64,000 nucleotides of DNA from Dehalococcoidia bacterium (GTDB lineage: Bacteria; Chloroflexota; Dehalococcoidia; Lucifugimonadales; UBA3495): contig CBDBHA010000002.1 in NCBI GenBank assembly GCA_965205495.1, positions 1,782,326 through 1,846,325 on the forward strand. Reading direction: 5' to 3'. The position numbers were made by a program, and so were the translations under genes. This document shows positions 16,703-24,627 of this stretch, in pieces (position 1 is the stretch's first letter; every line of letters begins with the position of its first letter). The notes below the pieces were generated by a model that was given only the letters and a program-made list of their open reading frames with translations, did not search any database and was not told the DNA's origin.

Positions 16703-17137
16703 CTAGCTTGGCTCTTCACCCAAGAAGCGCCTGATTTCCTCACGGGCGTTCCTGATCAATTGGGAATGCTCTTGTATCTTCTCGAACAACTCGGCCCTTA
16801 CCTTGATTCCTTCAGCAATGAGAAACGCCGCGGCTTCCGACCTGCTGTTAACCAACCCACAGTCCACGAGGTCATCCAGCCTCTGTAAGTCCTCTTTGCT
16901 AACCCTGGCCATTACGACCGAACTGCGGGTGTTCCGGATTGCCTTGATGGCTTCGAAGATTGACAACCCAACAATACCCGGGGGTCCTAAACCCGCTGCC
17001 ACGATGCCTTTTGCGGCAACGTCGCTAACGGCCCGGCCAACATCCCCGAGGGTTTCCCTTGCCCCGGGCTTATCTCCAGCCTGAGTAGATTCCGGTTGGT
17101 CCTTGACACTAATGTCATCCGTCGCCATACATATCAC
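16703..17137 (-). CDS. ribbon-helix-helix (CopG/Arc-type) domain protein with an N-terminal Gly-rich extension
   Basis: 144 aa. The C-terminal half, VVMARVSKEDLQRLDDLV..SRSEAAAFLIAEG, has the RHH beta-strand plus two helices pattern. The N-terminal AAKGIVAAGLGPPGIVG echoes the neighbouring gene. Confidence 0.6.
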   Translation of the reverse strand: MICMATDDISVKDQPESTQAGDKPGARETLGDVGRAVSDVAAKGIVAAGLGPPGIVGLSIFEAIKAIRNTRSSVVMARVSKEDLQRLDDLVDCGLVNSRSEAAAFLIAEGIKVRAELFEKIQEHSQLIRNAREEIRRFLGEEPS

Positions 17138-17153
17138 CGTACTCTCGCCTCGG

Positions 17154-17194
17154 CATTACATGTAATGTAATCATGTTGATATCTACATATCAAC
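17154..17194. promoter_or_regulatory. two palindromes (candidate operators) overlapping a candidate promoter of the RHH gene
   Basis: CATTACATGTAATG (17154-67, a perfect 14-bp palindrome) and GTTGATATctacATATCAAC (17175-94). On the minus strand, TTGATA-17-TTACAT overlaps them, 17-57 nt upstream of the start at 17137. Confidence 0.45.
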
Positions 17195-17263
17195 CCCAAA
17201 ACTATGCGGGGAAGGGCTTCGTTCGTTTTGGTGTTCCCCGGTTGTGAGCAATCTCATCCAGAG

Positions 17264-17335
17264 TAGTCCGTTCACGGTTTGACGGGCTCACTAGGCATGG
17301 ACTGGAGTGGTCGTAACTGTTCAGGGTTAAAGGGT
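17264..17335. repeat. repeat family F4 (..TTCGACGGGCTCAGG..GGACTGGAG..), diverged copy
   Basis: Aligns by eye with 47480-47540 and 45337-45421. Confidence 0.55.
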
Positions 17336-17348
17336 TATCCCGATACAA

Positions 17349-17381
17349 CATCCGTCATTCCGGCTTTGAGCCGGAACGACG
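17349..17381. repeat. repeat family F3 hairpin fragment
   Basis: CCGTCATTCCGGCtttgaGCCGGAACGACG. Confidence 0.7.
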
Positions 17382-17424
17382 ATTGGGGGTTTTTAGTTTT
17401 CGAGGTGCTGGGACATTTCTTGGG

Positions 17425-17886
17425 TTAGTAAATGCAGGGGCTTTCAAGCCAGGGGAGTAGGGCGTCCAGGAGGGGCTTGTGTTCTGGCTCTTCTTTCCGT
17501 AGGCGGCAGAAGTCCAGGTAGCTGAAGGCGGCGGTGAAGTAGAGATGGTGGAGGCTGGCGTCGGTTACCCTTTGGATGAAGGCGTGGGCGTCGGGGAGGG
17601 GCTTATGTTGGTGTTTGGCGTCGGCCCATTCCTCACAGAGTTGGTTTACCTCTCGGGCAGCGAAATATTCGGTGTAGCGGCGGTGCAGTTTGCGTTTCGG
17701 GGCGCGGACGCGGTTGGGATGGCGGGGAATCCGGTCATTTTCGGGGTTCCTCCGGGTTTTGGGTGGATAGGCGGAGTGAGAATTGTTGCTTGTTGGGACA
17801 GTTTGGGACATTGGGTTGGTTGTTTCGGTTTTTGGGTTTTGTTCAGGGTTTTGGGCGGGAGACCCGCTTTTGGGAAAGCTGCGCAA
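17425..17886 (-). CDS. hypothetical protein
   Basis: 153-aa ORF. The N-terminal third is low-complexity and the C-terminal 90 aa are helical (EYFAAREVNQLCEEWADAKH..). No family recognised and the start is uncertain (alternative Met at 17811). Confidence 0.3.
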   Translation of the reverse strand: MRSFPKSGSPAQNPEQNPKTETTNPMSQTVPTSNNSHSAYPPKTRRNPENDRIPRHPNRVRAPKRKLHRRYTEYFAAREVNQLCEEWADAKHQHKPLPDAHAFIQRVTDASLHHLYFTAAFSYLDFCRLRKEEPEHKPLLDALLPWLESPCIY

Positions 17887-17943
17887 AACTTTTTGGTTGG
17901 GATGGTTGATAGATATTATGGTAGGGTGTTGTCACCGGAAGTG

Positions 17944-18060
17944 GCAAGGGGGAAGTGTCAGTGAATTTTGGGGGTGGGGTCACCGTGAAGGGTTGGGGGT
18001 GGTTTTGGGCAGGGATTTTGAGATTCCTCCCTGCGGTTCGGAATGACCGGTAGGGGCGGT
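17944..18060 (+). repeat. repeat family F2 copy
   Basis: GGCAAGGGGGAAGTGTCAGT (shared with 45199) ... GATTTTGAGATTCCTCCCTGCGGTTCGGAATGACCGG. Confidence 0.75.
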
Positions 18061-18160
18061 CGGAACGACCTAGAGCGGGGGGTGGAGTGGGCATTGTATA
18101 CTGGGGGCGGCGTTCGGGATTATGGGCGTTACTTGTTTAGAACGGAAGGCGAGGGATGCC

Positions 18161-19390
18161 ATGCAACCTTTGGAAGACGTGCGAGTACTGGCGGTAACGG
18201 TTTTTCTGGCGGGCCCCTACCTGAGCATGAACCTGGCCAGAATGGGGGCGGAGGTTATCAAGGTGGAACTGCCCGGCAAGGGTGACCCGGTGCGGGGCAA
18301 CGGCCCATTTGCCGGGCCCAAGGGCATTAACACCACGCCCCAGACCGACCAGGACCTGGCGACCCGTTTCTTGAAGCGGACCCAGGGTGTGAAGAGCGTT
18401 ACGTTGAATTTAAGGCATCCCCAGGGCAAGGAGATGTTTCTGGAGATGGCGAAGCAGTCGGACATTGTATTGGAGAACCTGGCCCCAGGGTCGCTGCGGA
18501 GGCTGGGGTTGGGCTATGACGACGTTGCGGCGGTGAACCCGAAAATCATCTACTGCTCCATTGCCGGTTACGGCCAGACCGGTCCCTACGCCGCCAAGCC
18601 GGCCCATGATCCCCAAATTCAGGGGATGAGCGGGTTGATGGACATTAACGGAGACGCCGAGGGGCCGCCGACCAAGGTGGGGTTTTACATCGGGGACCTG
18701 GTGACGCCGCTGTTCGCCGCATATTCCATAATGGGGGCTCTGCGGCACCGGGACCGGACCGGAAAAGGGCAGTACCTGGACGTTTCGATGATGGATACGC
18801 TGGCGGCGCTGATGTTCATGGAGAACCTGGAAGAGGACGTGGCGGCGGGAACACCGCTGCGGACGGGCAACATCAGCCGGGGCGGGCCCACGGGTTTGTA
18901 CCACACCCAGGACGCGGACATCATTCTAACGGCGGCCAGCGACGACCAATGGCGGCGGCTGTGCGTGGCCTTGGACGCTACCGAACTGATGGAGGACCCC
19001 CGGTTTGACAGCTACACCGGCCGGGCGCGGAACGTGGTGGAGGCCAGGAAGGAAATCCAGCTAAGGGTGGGCAAGCTGACCCGGTCGGAGGCGTTGCGGA
19101 AGCTGGAGGAGGGGGACGTGCCCTGCGGACCGGTGCGGGCCGTTCCAGAGATTCTGGCCGACGAGCATTTCTATAAACGGGGAACGTTACTGCCGATGCG
19201 GCACAGTGGGATGGAAGAGCCGGTGCCGGGGGGAATAGCCTCAGGCTGGCCGGTGGTGTTTTCCGATGGGCCGCTGCCGGAGATGGCGGGAGCGCCGACG
19301 TTGGGGATGCACAACGAAGAGATTTACGGGAAGCTGCTCAACTTCGACTCGGGGAAGGTGGGTCAACTGCGGGCGGACGAGGTCATCTAA
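18161..19390 (+). CDS. family III CoA-transferase (CaiB/BaiF/Frc type)
   Basis: 409 aa from the ATG at 18161. The start VRVLAVTVFLAGPYLSMNLARMGAEVIKVE is typical for this family, and the catalytic-Asp region is GYGQTGPY..HD. Confidence 0.9.
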   Translation: MQPLEDVRVLAVTVFLAGPYLSMNLARMGAEVIKVELPGKGDPVRGNGPFAGPKGINTTPQTDQDLATRFLKRTQGVKSVTLNLRHPQGKEMFLEMAKQSDIVLENLAPGSLRRLGLGYDDVAAVNPKIIYCSIAGYGQTGPYAAKPAHDPQIQGMSGLMDINGDAEGPPTKVGFYIGDLVTPLFAAYSIMGALRHRDRTGKGQYLDVSMMDTLAALMFMENLEEDVAAGTPLRTGNISRGGPTGLYHTQDADIILTAASDDQWRRLCVALDATELMEDPRFDSYTGRARNVVEARKEIQLRVGKLTRSEALRKLEEGDVPCGPVRAVPEILADEHFYKRGTLLPMRHSGMEEPVPGGIASGWPVVFSDGPLPEMAGAPTLGMHNEEIYGKLLNFDSGKVGQLRADEVI

Positions 19391-19415
19391 AGACGGCGAG
19401 GGGCGAGGGCGGTTC

Positions 19416-20036
19416 ATGTCTGAGGTCAATTGGTGGGCCGAAGGAGACCTTTTCGAGGGGTGCAACTGCGCTATCGTCTGCCCCTGCCACCTGAATTTCC
19501 GGCAAAAGAGCACCAACGAGACCTGCGAAAACGCCTGGGGAATCCACATTGAAACGGGCGAAATTGGGGGTCTTTCCCTGGCTGGGTTGAACGGGATGGT
19601 CTTGGTTTCGTGTCCCGGTCCGAGCATGTTTGACGGGAATTGGACCGCGTTGGTCTACCTGGACGACCAAGCTGCACCGGAGCAGTTGGTTGGGCTCCGG
19701 CAAATCCTGACCGGGGAAGTTGGCGGGCCGTGGAGCAAGATCGCGCAGTTCTATACCGGCGGGAAGGTTGCCAGGGTGCAAACGGCGGCATTCCGGTTTG
19801 AGAAGAGCGAACGGCGGAGGGAGTTGGAAGCGCGGGGGCTGGCGTCGCTGTAGGTGGAGGCGGTCCGGGGAGCGGACCGGGAGGGGGAGGTTACCATCAG
19901 CAACCTTTTCAACCTGCTCCACGGGCCGGAGCACATAATCGCCAGTTCCCAGGTCAAGTTGGACGACCACGGGATGAAGTGGAACAGCAGCGGCACCCAC
20001 GGGTTGTACAGCCGTTTCCGGTGGTCCGATGGGTAA
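19416..20036 (+). pseudogene. DUF1326-family gene interrupted by one in-frame TAG (19851-19853)
   Basis: ATG 19416 gives MSEVNWWAEGDLFEGCNCAIVCPCH.. (DUF1326 N-terminal Cys motif). After ..RGLASL-TAG the same frame continues VEAVRGADREGEVTISN..DHGMKWNSSGTHGLYSRFRWSDG, which reads as the family C-terminus. Confidence 0.65.
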
Positions 20037-20074
20037 CGAAGGATGCTGGGCGAAGTTTTTCCGGAGATTGGGTT

Positions 20075-20992
20075 ATGAGGTTTAGAGCCAAACCGTTGCG
20101 GTCGGTGATGTTCGTGCCGGGGAACCGGGAAGACATGATGCGGAAAGCCCCGCAGTATGGCGCCGACGCTTTGATCCTGGACCTGGAGGACTCGGTGCCG
20201 GAACGCGAGAAAACCGAGGCCCGGGGGCTGGTCAAGAAGATGGTGGAGGAGCTGGGGGCGGCGGGAGTTACGCTTTTTGTGCGGGTGAACCGGCTGGAGA
20301 CGGGACTGACCGGGTTTGACCTGGAAGCGGTCACCAACCCAAACCTGTATGGAATCCTGCTGCCCAAGGTGGAAAAGCCGGAGGACGTGGTGGAAGTGGA
20401 CATCCTGCTGAAGTTTTTCGAGGCCAAGGCGGGGATGGAGACGGGGAGCATCTGCATCGACCCTTCGTTGGAAACGGCCCAGGGGATACGGCAGGCTTAC
20501 GAAATCGCCATGGCGTCGGAGCGGGTGGCCCACATGGGAGGAAGCGGCGGTAAGGGCGGCGACACGGCCCGGTCCATTGGGTTCCAGTGGACGCCGGAAG
20601 GAATGGAGACGCTGTTCATCAAGTCCAAGGTGCTGGTCGATTCCCGGTCGGCGGGGATTCAGTTCCCCGTCAGCGGGGGCTGGTTCGATATTCGGGACCT
20701 GGACGGACTGCGGGACCTGGCAAACCAGTTGAAGCAACTGGGGTACACCGGAATGAACCTGATTCACCCATCCCACGTTCCCATAGTCAACGATGTTTTC
20801 ACGCCCAGCCCGGAGCAAATCGCTCACTGGCAGGGACTATTGCGGGCAATGGAGGAACAACGGGCGGCGGGGAGCGCGGTGGTGCCCTACAACGGCGACA
20901 TGGTGGACATTGCCCACGAAGAAACGGCCAAGGCGATGCTGGAGATGGTCAAGGAATGGGGATTGGTGGCCGCCGGGGCGGTAGGGGAATAG
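20075..20992 (+). CDS. HpcH/HpaI aldolase / citrate-lyase beta-subunit (CitE)-like acyl-CoA lyase
   Basis: 305 aa from the ATG at 20075. SVMFVPGNREDMMRKAPQYGADALILDLEDSV is the CitE/malyl-CoA-lyase N-terminal signature. Confidence 0.88.
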   Translation: MRFRAKPLRSVMFVPGNREDMMRKAPQYGADALILDLEDSVPEREKTEARGLVKKMVEELGAAGVTLFVRVNRLETGLTGFDLEAVTNPNLYGILLPKVEKPEDVVEVDILLKFFEAKAGMETGSICIDPSLETAQGIRQAYEIAMASERVAHMGGSGGKGGDTARSIGFQWTPEGMETLFIKSKVLVDSRSAGIQFPVSGGWFDIRDLDGLRDLANQLKQLGYTGMNLIHPSHVPIVNDVFTPSPEQIAHWQGLLRAMEEQRAAGSAVVPYNGDMVDIAHEETAKAMLEMVKEWGLVAAGAVGE

Positions 20993-20996
20993 GGGG

Positions 20997-21797
20997 ATGG
21001 CCGGTTACGAGAATTACCAGCACCTGCGGGTGGAGGTGGCCGACGGGATTGCCCTGCTGACGATGGACAGGCCGGAAGTGTTGAACGCCACCAACGCGCA
21101 ACTGCATTACGAACTGAGCCGCATCTGGGTGGACCTGGGAGAAGACCCGGCGGTGCGGGTTGCGGTGATAACCGGGGCCGGCAACGCCTTCTCCGCCGGC
21201 GGCGACTTCGACATGATCGAGGAGTCCCTGGGCAACGCCGAGATAATCAGCCGGACCATCAAAGAGGCGGGGGATATTGTCTATAACCTGCTTAACCTGG
21301 ACAAGCCGGTGATTTCGGCCATCAACGGGGTGGCGGTGGGAGCCGGGTTGGCGGTGGCGCTCTTGGCGGACATATCCATTGCGGCGGAGAACGCGCGGAT
21401 CACCGACGGGCACGTGCGGTTGGGAGTGGCTGCGGGGGACCACGCGGCCATAATCTGGCCGTTGCTTTGCGGAATGGCCAAGGCCAAGTATTACCTGTTG
21501 ACCTGCGATTTTCTGGATGGCCGGGAAGCGGAACGCATTGGGCTGGTCAGCCTGGCGGTACCGGGAGAAGAATTGATGCCCAAGGCCCTGGCGGTTGCCC
21601 GGCAGTTGGCAGATGGGCCGCAACCGGCCATCCGGTTTACCAAACGGGCGTTGAACCAATGGCTGCGGCAAGCGGGGCACACATCTTTTGACTATTCGCT
21701 GTTGGCCGAAGCGTTGGGATTTTTCGGAGAAGACGTGCGGGAAGGGCTGCAAGCACTCCGGGAAAGAAGGCCGCCGAAATTTCCGTCGGCGGGTTAG
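20997..21797 (+). CDS. enoyl-CoA hydratase/isomerase (crotonase) family protein
   Basis: 266 aa. [25 protein letters not shown] and [11 protein letters not shown] crotonase-fold motifs. Confidence 0.9.
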   Translation: MAGYENYQHLRVEVADGIALLTMDRPEVLNATNAQLHYELSRIWVDLGEDPAVRVAVITGAGNAFSAGGDFDMIEESLGNAEIISRTIKEAGDIVYNLLNLDKPVISAINGVAVGAGLAVALLADISIAAENARITDGHVRLGVAAGDHAAIIWPLLCGMAKAKYYLLTCDFLDGREAERIGLVSLAVPGEELMPKALAVARQLADGPQPAIRFTKRALNQWLRQAGHTSFDYSLLAEALGFFGEDVREGLQALRERRPPKFPSAG

Positions 21798-21829
21798 GCG
21801 AAGGGGGTTGGATGTGTGGTGGGGGGCAC

Positions 21830-21983
21830 TTTTCATTTCGTTTTGGGGAGGTTGCGACGGCGAATCCGGGGACAAACCGGCTGGCGGCGATGGATTTTAG
21901 ATTCCTCCCTACGGTTCGGAATGACAGGTGGGGGGGTCAGGATGAAGGGGGGGTTGGAAGCGGCATTTGGGGAGAATTGAGAG
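21830..21983 (+). repeat. repeat family F2, long copy
   Basis: TTTTCATTTCGTTTTGGGGAGGTTGCGACGGCGAATCCGGGGACAAACCGGCTGGCGGCGATGGATTTTAGATTCCTCCCTACGGTTCGGAATGACAGG..GGAAGCGGCATTTGGGGAGAATTGAGAG. Nearly the same string occurs at 28952-29108. Confidence 0.85.
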
Positions 21984-21997
21984 GCCTGGGATGACGG

Positions 21998-22139
21998 CAG
22001 GGCGGTTGCGAAGTGATGGAATTGTGAGGGGAAGGGAAGCTTGTTGGCCTAGGTGCAACCTGGATTCCCGCCTACGCGGGAAAGACGGTAGGTGGCGGGA
22101 ATGACGATAGGTGTTCGTTGGGACTTTGCAATTGTCCTG
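21998..22139 (+). repeat. repeat family F1, complete copy with a duplicated GGGAA(T/A)GACG segment
   Basis: CAGGGCGGTTGCGAAGTG..GGATTCCCGCCTACGCGGGAAAGACGGTAGGTGGCGGGAATGACG..CTTTGCAATTGTCCTG. Confidence 0.85.
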
Positions 22140-22278
22140 GCGGTGTGACGAGGGCAAGTTGACACCGTGAACGGGGGACACCTAGACTTCTAGCCGCAGC
22201 GGGGGCCGCAATTTCGCCGTCTGCCGCAACCTTCAATCGCGTGATACAAACCCGGTGGACGGGAAATTAGGAGGGGAC

Positions 22279-22938
22279 ATGCCTAACAAGAAGGGCAACG
22301 GCCTGTTGATGGTTTGGGTGGATGTGCCCGCGGACAAGGACGAGGAGTTCAACCGCTGGTATAACGAGGAGCACATTCCAGAGCTGACGGCCATACCAGG
22401 CGTTCTCAACGCCGCCCGCTACGAAGCGGTGCGGAGCGGCCCGAAGCACCTGGCCGTTTACGAGTTGGAATCGCCGGCGGTGATTGACAGCCCGGGTTGG
22501 GCCAACCGCACTCCCTCGGAGTGGGCACAAAGGATTGGCCCGCGAATCATCGGCTCGAACATGATTAACAACATTTACGAGATGATTCACCCGGCGGCAT
22601 TGACCGACGACATAGCGCAGTCGGACATGGCGCCCGCGCTGCAAATCGGGCGGATGGACCCGGTGGAGGGGCACGAGGACGAGTGGAACCGTTGGTACAG
22701 CGGGGTTTACGTGCCGAACTACGAAAAGGTGCCGGGGTGCATTCGGGGGCGGCGTTGGAAGTGCGTTCGGGGCGCGCCGTCGTACTCAGTGGTCTACGAG
22801 TTCGAGCACGAAGGGGTGTCGGACACGCCGGAGTGGGAAGCCCAGCGGGACATCAACCCGGACAACCCTCGGATGCGGGGACTGATGGTCCACGCCGGGG
22901 GGTCGCCGGGCATCTGGAAAAAGACGTTTCAGCTTTAA
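22279..22938 (+). CDS. tandem two-domain version of the 11368-type small alpha+beta protein
   Basis: 219 aa from the ATG at 22279 (AGGAGGGG 2 nt upstream). Repeat 1 is VDVPADKDEEFNRWYNEEHIP and repeat 2 is MDPVEGHEDEWNRWYSGVYVP. Confidence 0.6.
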   Translation: MPNKKGNGLLMVWVDVPADKDEEFNRWYNEEHIPELTAIPGVLNAARYEAVRSGPKHLAVYELESPAVIDSPGWANRTPSEWAQRIGPRIIGSNMINNIYEMIHPAALTDDIAQSDMAPALQIGRMDPVEGHEDEWNRWYSGVYVPNYEKVPGCIRGRRWKCVRGAPSYSVVYEFEHEGVSDTPEWEAQRDINPDNPRMRGLMVHAGGSPGIWKKTFQL

Positions 22939-23053
22939 CGCCGGGTTGAAACACGACCAGATTGACTAGCCGTGCACCGCCATCATAACGGCAGGAACCC
23001 AACGGCCGCTTTTCCTCCGGCCCCACCGGGCCCGGGGCAGTAGAAGCCTTCGG

Positions 23054-24016
23054 ATGGCGCGGCACAGCCACGGCTCCGGATTGGAAACGGCGGGGGCCAA
23101 CCATGTTCGGTCGGCCAGCCGCCGGAGTCTGACGTTGGCACTGGGGTTGACCCTCGGTTACATGGTGGCCCAGATTGTTGGTGGAATACTCTCCCAGAGT
23201 TTGGCCCTCTTGGCCGACGCCGGGCACATGGCCACCGACGGCGCGGCGATTTTGCTGGCCATCCTGGCGTTGTGGGTAGCGGGAAGGCCGCCGTCGATCA
23301 CCCGGACCTTTGGATTTCAACGGACCGAAGTGCTGGCGGCGTTCATCAACGCCCTGAGCTTGTGGGCCATCGTCGGCTGGATAATGGTTGAGGCGTACCG
23401 GCGCTTTACCGACCCGCCGGAAATCCAGGTTGGAATCATGTTGGGGGTGGGAATTGGAGGGTTGCTGGTAAACTTGGCGGTGGCGGCGGTGCTGCGCCGG
23501 TCCGCCCACGACAGCCTGAACGTGCAAGGGGCTTTCCTGCACGTAATGGGCGACCTGCTGAGTTCGTTGGGCGTGGTGGCAGCAGGGTTCGTAATTTTGG
23601 TGTTCGGCTGGAACATGGCCGACCCGATTCTCAGCGTCGTCATCGGGGTCTTGATCCTAATTAGCTCTGGGCGGTTGCTCTGGAAGGCGTCGCACGTATT
23701 GATGGAAGGGACGCCGGCCCACCTTAACCTGCATCAGTTATGCCAACGTCTGGAAGGGGTAGAGGGAGTTACCGGAGTGCATGACATTCACGCCTGGTCG
23801 ATTACCACCGGGTACGACGCGCTGAGCGCCCATGTTACCGCCGACCGGACGGGGGAGCGGACCTCGGACCAGGTGCTGCGAAATTTGCGGGAAATCGCGT
23901 CCCGTGAGTTTGGAATATCCCACGTCACGATTCAATTGGAGGACTCCTTGGGCGGGTGCCCCGAAGACCACCATGTGCCCCATCCGGCACCCGAGCCCGG
24001 GGCCGCTGGGCCATGA
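23054..24016 (+). CDS. cation diffusion facilitator (CzcD/ZitB-type) divalent-metal efflux transporter
   Basis: 320 aa. Six TM helices, LLADAGHMATD (TM2 HxxxD) and HVMGDLLSSLGV (TM5 HxxxD), a C-terminal cytoplasmic domain and a His-rich end. Confidence 0.9.
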   Translation: MARHSHGSGLETAGANHVRSASRRSLTLALGLTLGYMVAQIVGGILSQSLALLADAGHMATDGAAILLAILALWVAGRPPSITRTFGFQRTEVLAAFINALSLWAIVGWIMVEAYRRFTDPPEIQVGIMLGVGIGGLLVNLAVAAVLRRSAHDSLNVQGAFLHVMGDLLSSLGVVAAGFVILVFGWNMADPILSVVIGVLILISSGRLLWKASHVLMEGTPAHLNLHQLCQRLEGVEGVTGVHDIHAWSITTGYDALSAHVTADRTGERTSDQVLRNLREIASREFGISHVTIQLEDSLGGCPEDHHVPHPAPEPGAAGP

Positions 24017-24627
24017 AATTTATCCCCAGAAGAGCAAGAAGTTTAGTGCGGAGCGGCAGGATACCCGGGTTCGGGTTGGCCCGTTGGGTGGCCGTCGGGG
24101 CGATGGTCGGGCTTCTGGCCCTGTTGTTGGTTTTGACTCCCACCCAAGCCGACGCCCAGCAGACGGGGCCGCGCCCCTACCGGGCTATCGCCGGGCCCTA
24201 CCTCATTGGGGTGTTTTCCAAGGCTTCCCAACTGTCCCTGGGGACGGTGGATTATGTGGTGACGGTGAACGAACCTGTTACCGAGGCTCCCATTGGCGAT
24301 GCGAAAGTCAGGATCAAAGCCGTAGCCGCCGCTGATGGACATGAGGGTTGGGCGTTGGCCTTGAACACGCCCGACAACCCAGACCGGTACACGGCCCGGG
24401 TGGATTTGGAGGATCCGGGGGTTTGGAAAATGAGCGTGGAAGTGGACAGCCACCGGGGAAAGGTGGAGATAAACACGCCGTCACATGTGGTCCAAAAACC
24501 GCGCCTGTCGGCTTCCGGGGGGTTCGTTTTCGTTGGGGTTTTCATTGTTCTGCTCATGGGGTTGGGGTACGTGGTCTGGAGCGTAAGGCGGGCGCAACGG
24601 GCGCGGGATGCAGCCGTTGAACAATAA
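24013..24627 (+). CDS. bitopic membrane protein of unknown function (N- and C-terminal TM helices, exported beta-rich middle; YtkA/FixH-like by eye only)
   Basis: 204 aa from the ATG at 24013, which overlaps the CDF stop (ATGA). The 3' end overlaps the ctaG-like start by 20 nt. Confidence 0.5.
   Translation: MKFIPRRARSLVRSGRIPGFGLARWVAVGAMVGLLALLLVLTPTQADAQQTGPRPYRAIAGPYLIGVFSKASQLSLGTVDYVVTVNEPVTEAPIGDAKVRIKAVAAADGHEGWALALNTPDNPDRYTARVDLEDPGVWKMSVEVDSHRGKVEINTPSHVVQKPRLSASGGFVFVGVFIVLLMGLGYVVWSVRRAQRARDAAVEQ

Noticed and set aside
19266-19415. Upstream extension of the DUF1326 ORF (start at 19266) overlapping the CoA-transferase 3' end
   Set aside because: The extension is Arg/Trp/Cys-rich nonsense read out of frame with the CaiB-like gene. 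The ATG at 19416 begins the conserved MSEVNWWAEGDLFEGCNC sequence.
19851-19853. TAG in DUF1326 as a pyrrolysine or reassigned sense codon
   Set aside because: Other genes in the window (ribF, the atpZ-like ORF, the 123-aa ORF) terminate at TAG in sensible positions, and no pyl genes are seen. A point mutation, sequencing error or simple readthrough is more economical.
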